Shown: positions 23,299 to 23,430 of the stretch, in pieces | Layout of the letters: the number at the start of each line of letters is the position of its first letter | Position numbering within the stretch: position 1 is the first letter of the stretch | NCBI RefSeq assembly: GCF_004010195.1 | Contig: NC_057719.1 | Span: forward strand, 44,371,054 to 44,394,483 | Length of the DNA: 23,430 bases | Source: Chiloscyllium plagiosum | Lineage: Eukaryota | Direction: 5' to 3' | Translations under genes and position numbers: made by a program | Notes under the pieces: model-generated | Told to the model about the DNA's origin: nothing | Database searches by the model: none | The model's input: the letters and a program-made list of their open reading frames with translations, nothing else

Positions 23299-23430
23299 TG
23301 GCCTGTGACCAGTGGAGTGCCACAAGGATCGGTGCTGGGTCCTCTATTTTTTGTCATTTACATAAATGATTTGGATGCAAGCATAAGAGGTACAGTTAGT
23401 AAGTTTGCAGATGACACCAAAATTGGAGGT
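23299..23430 (+). mobile_element. CR1 LINE RT fragment; runs off the window edge
   Basis: Translates [43 protein letters not shown]. Same subfamily and region as 1-130. Confidence 0.92.

Overview
Vertebrate genomic DNA, most likely a shark (inferred from HE1-type V-SINE, CR1 and Penelope content). It is a stretch of TRIM9 on the minus strand. Three coding exons (9046-8936, 8091-7938, 1126-969) have GT-AG boundaries and matching phases, and encode the end of the coiled coil, the COS box and the first half of FN3. The ORF track captures only one of them. The introns hold: (i) a decayed full-length Gypsy element (1201-6293, TSD GTAAT) with an unrelated solo LTR nested in its integrase; (ii) a 327-bp inverted local copy of part of that element; (iii) two inverted V-SINEs around one exon, one inserted between the branch point and the acceptor of the next exon; (iv) three Penelope-like insertions with 14-15 bp TSDs and hammerhead-ribozyme remnants, the largest enclosing a >=4.5 kb 32-bp satellite and an 878-N gap; (v) several CR1 LINE fragments. 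No prokaryote-type system such as CRISPR is supported. The most unusual signals are the SINE tail that appears to replace a branch point, the satellite inside a Penelope element, and a Penelope inversion breakpoint at the hammerhead cleavage site. All alignments were done by eye.
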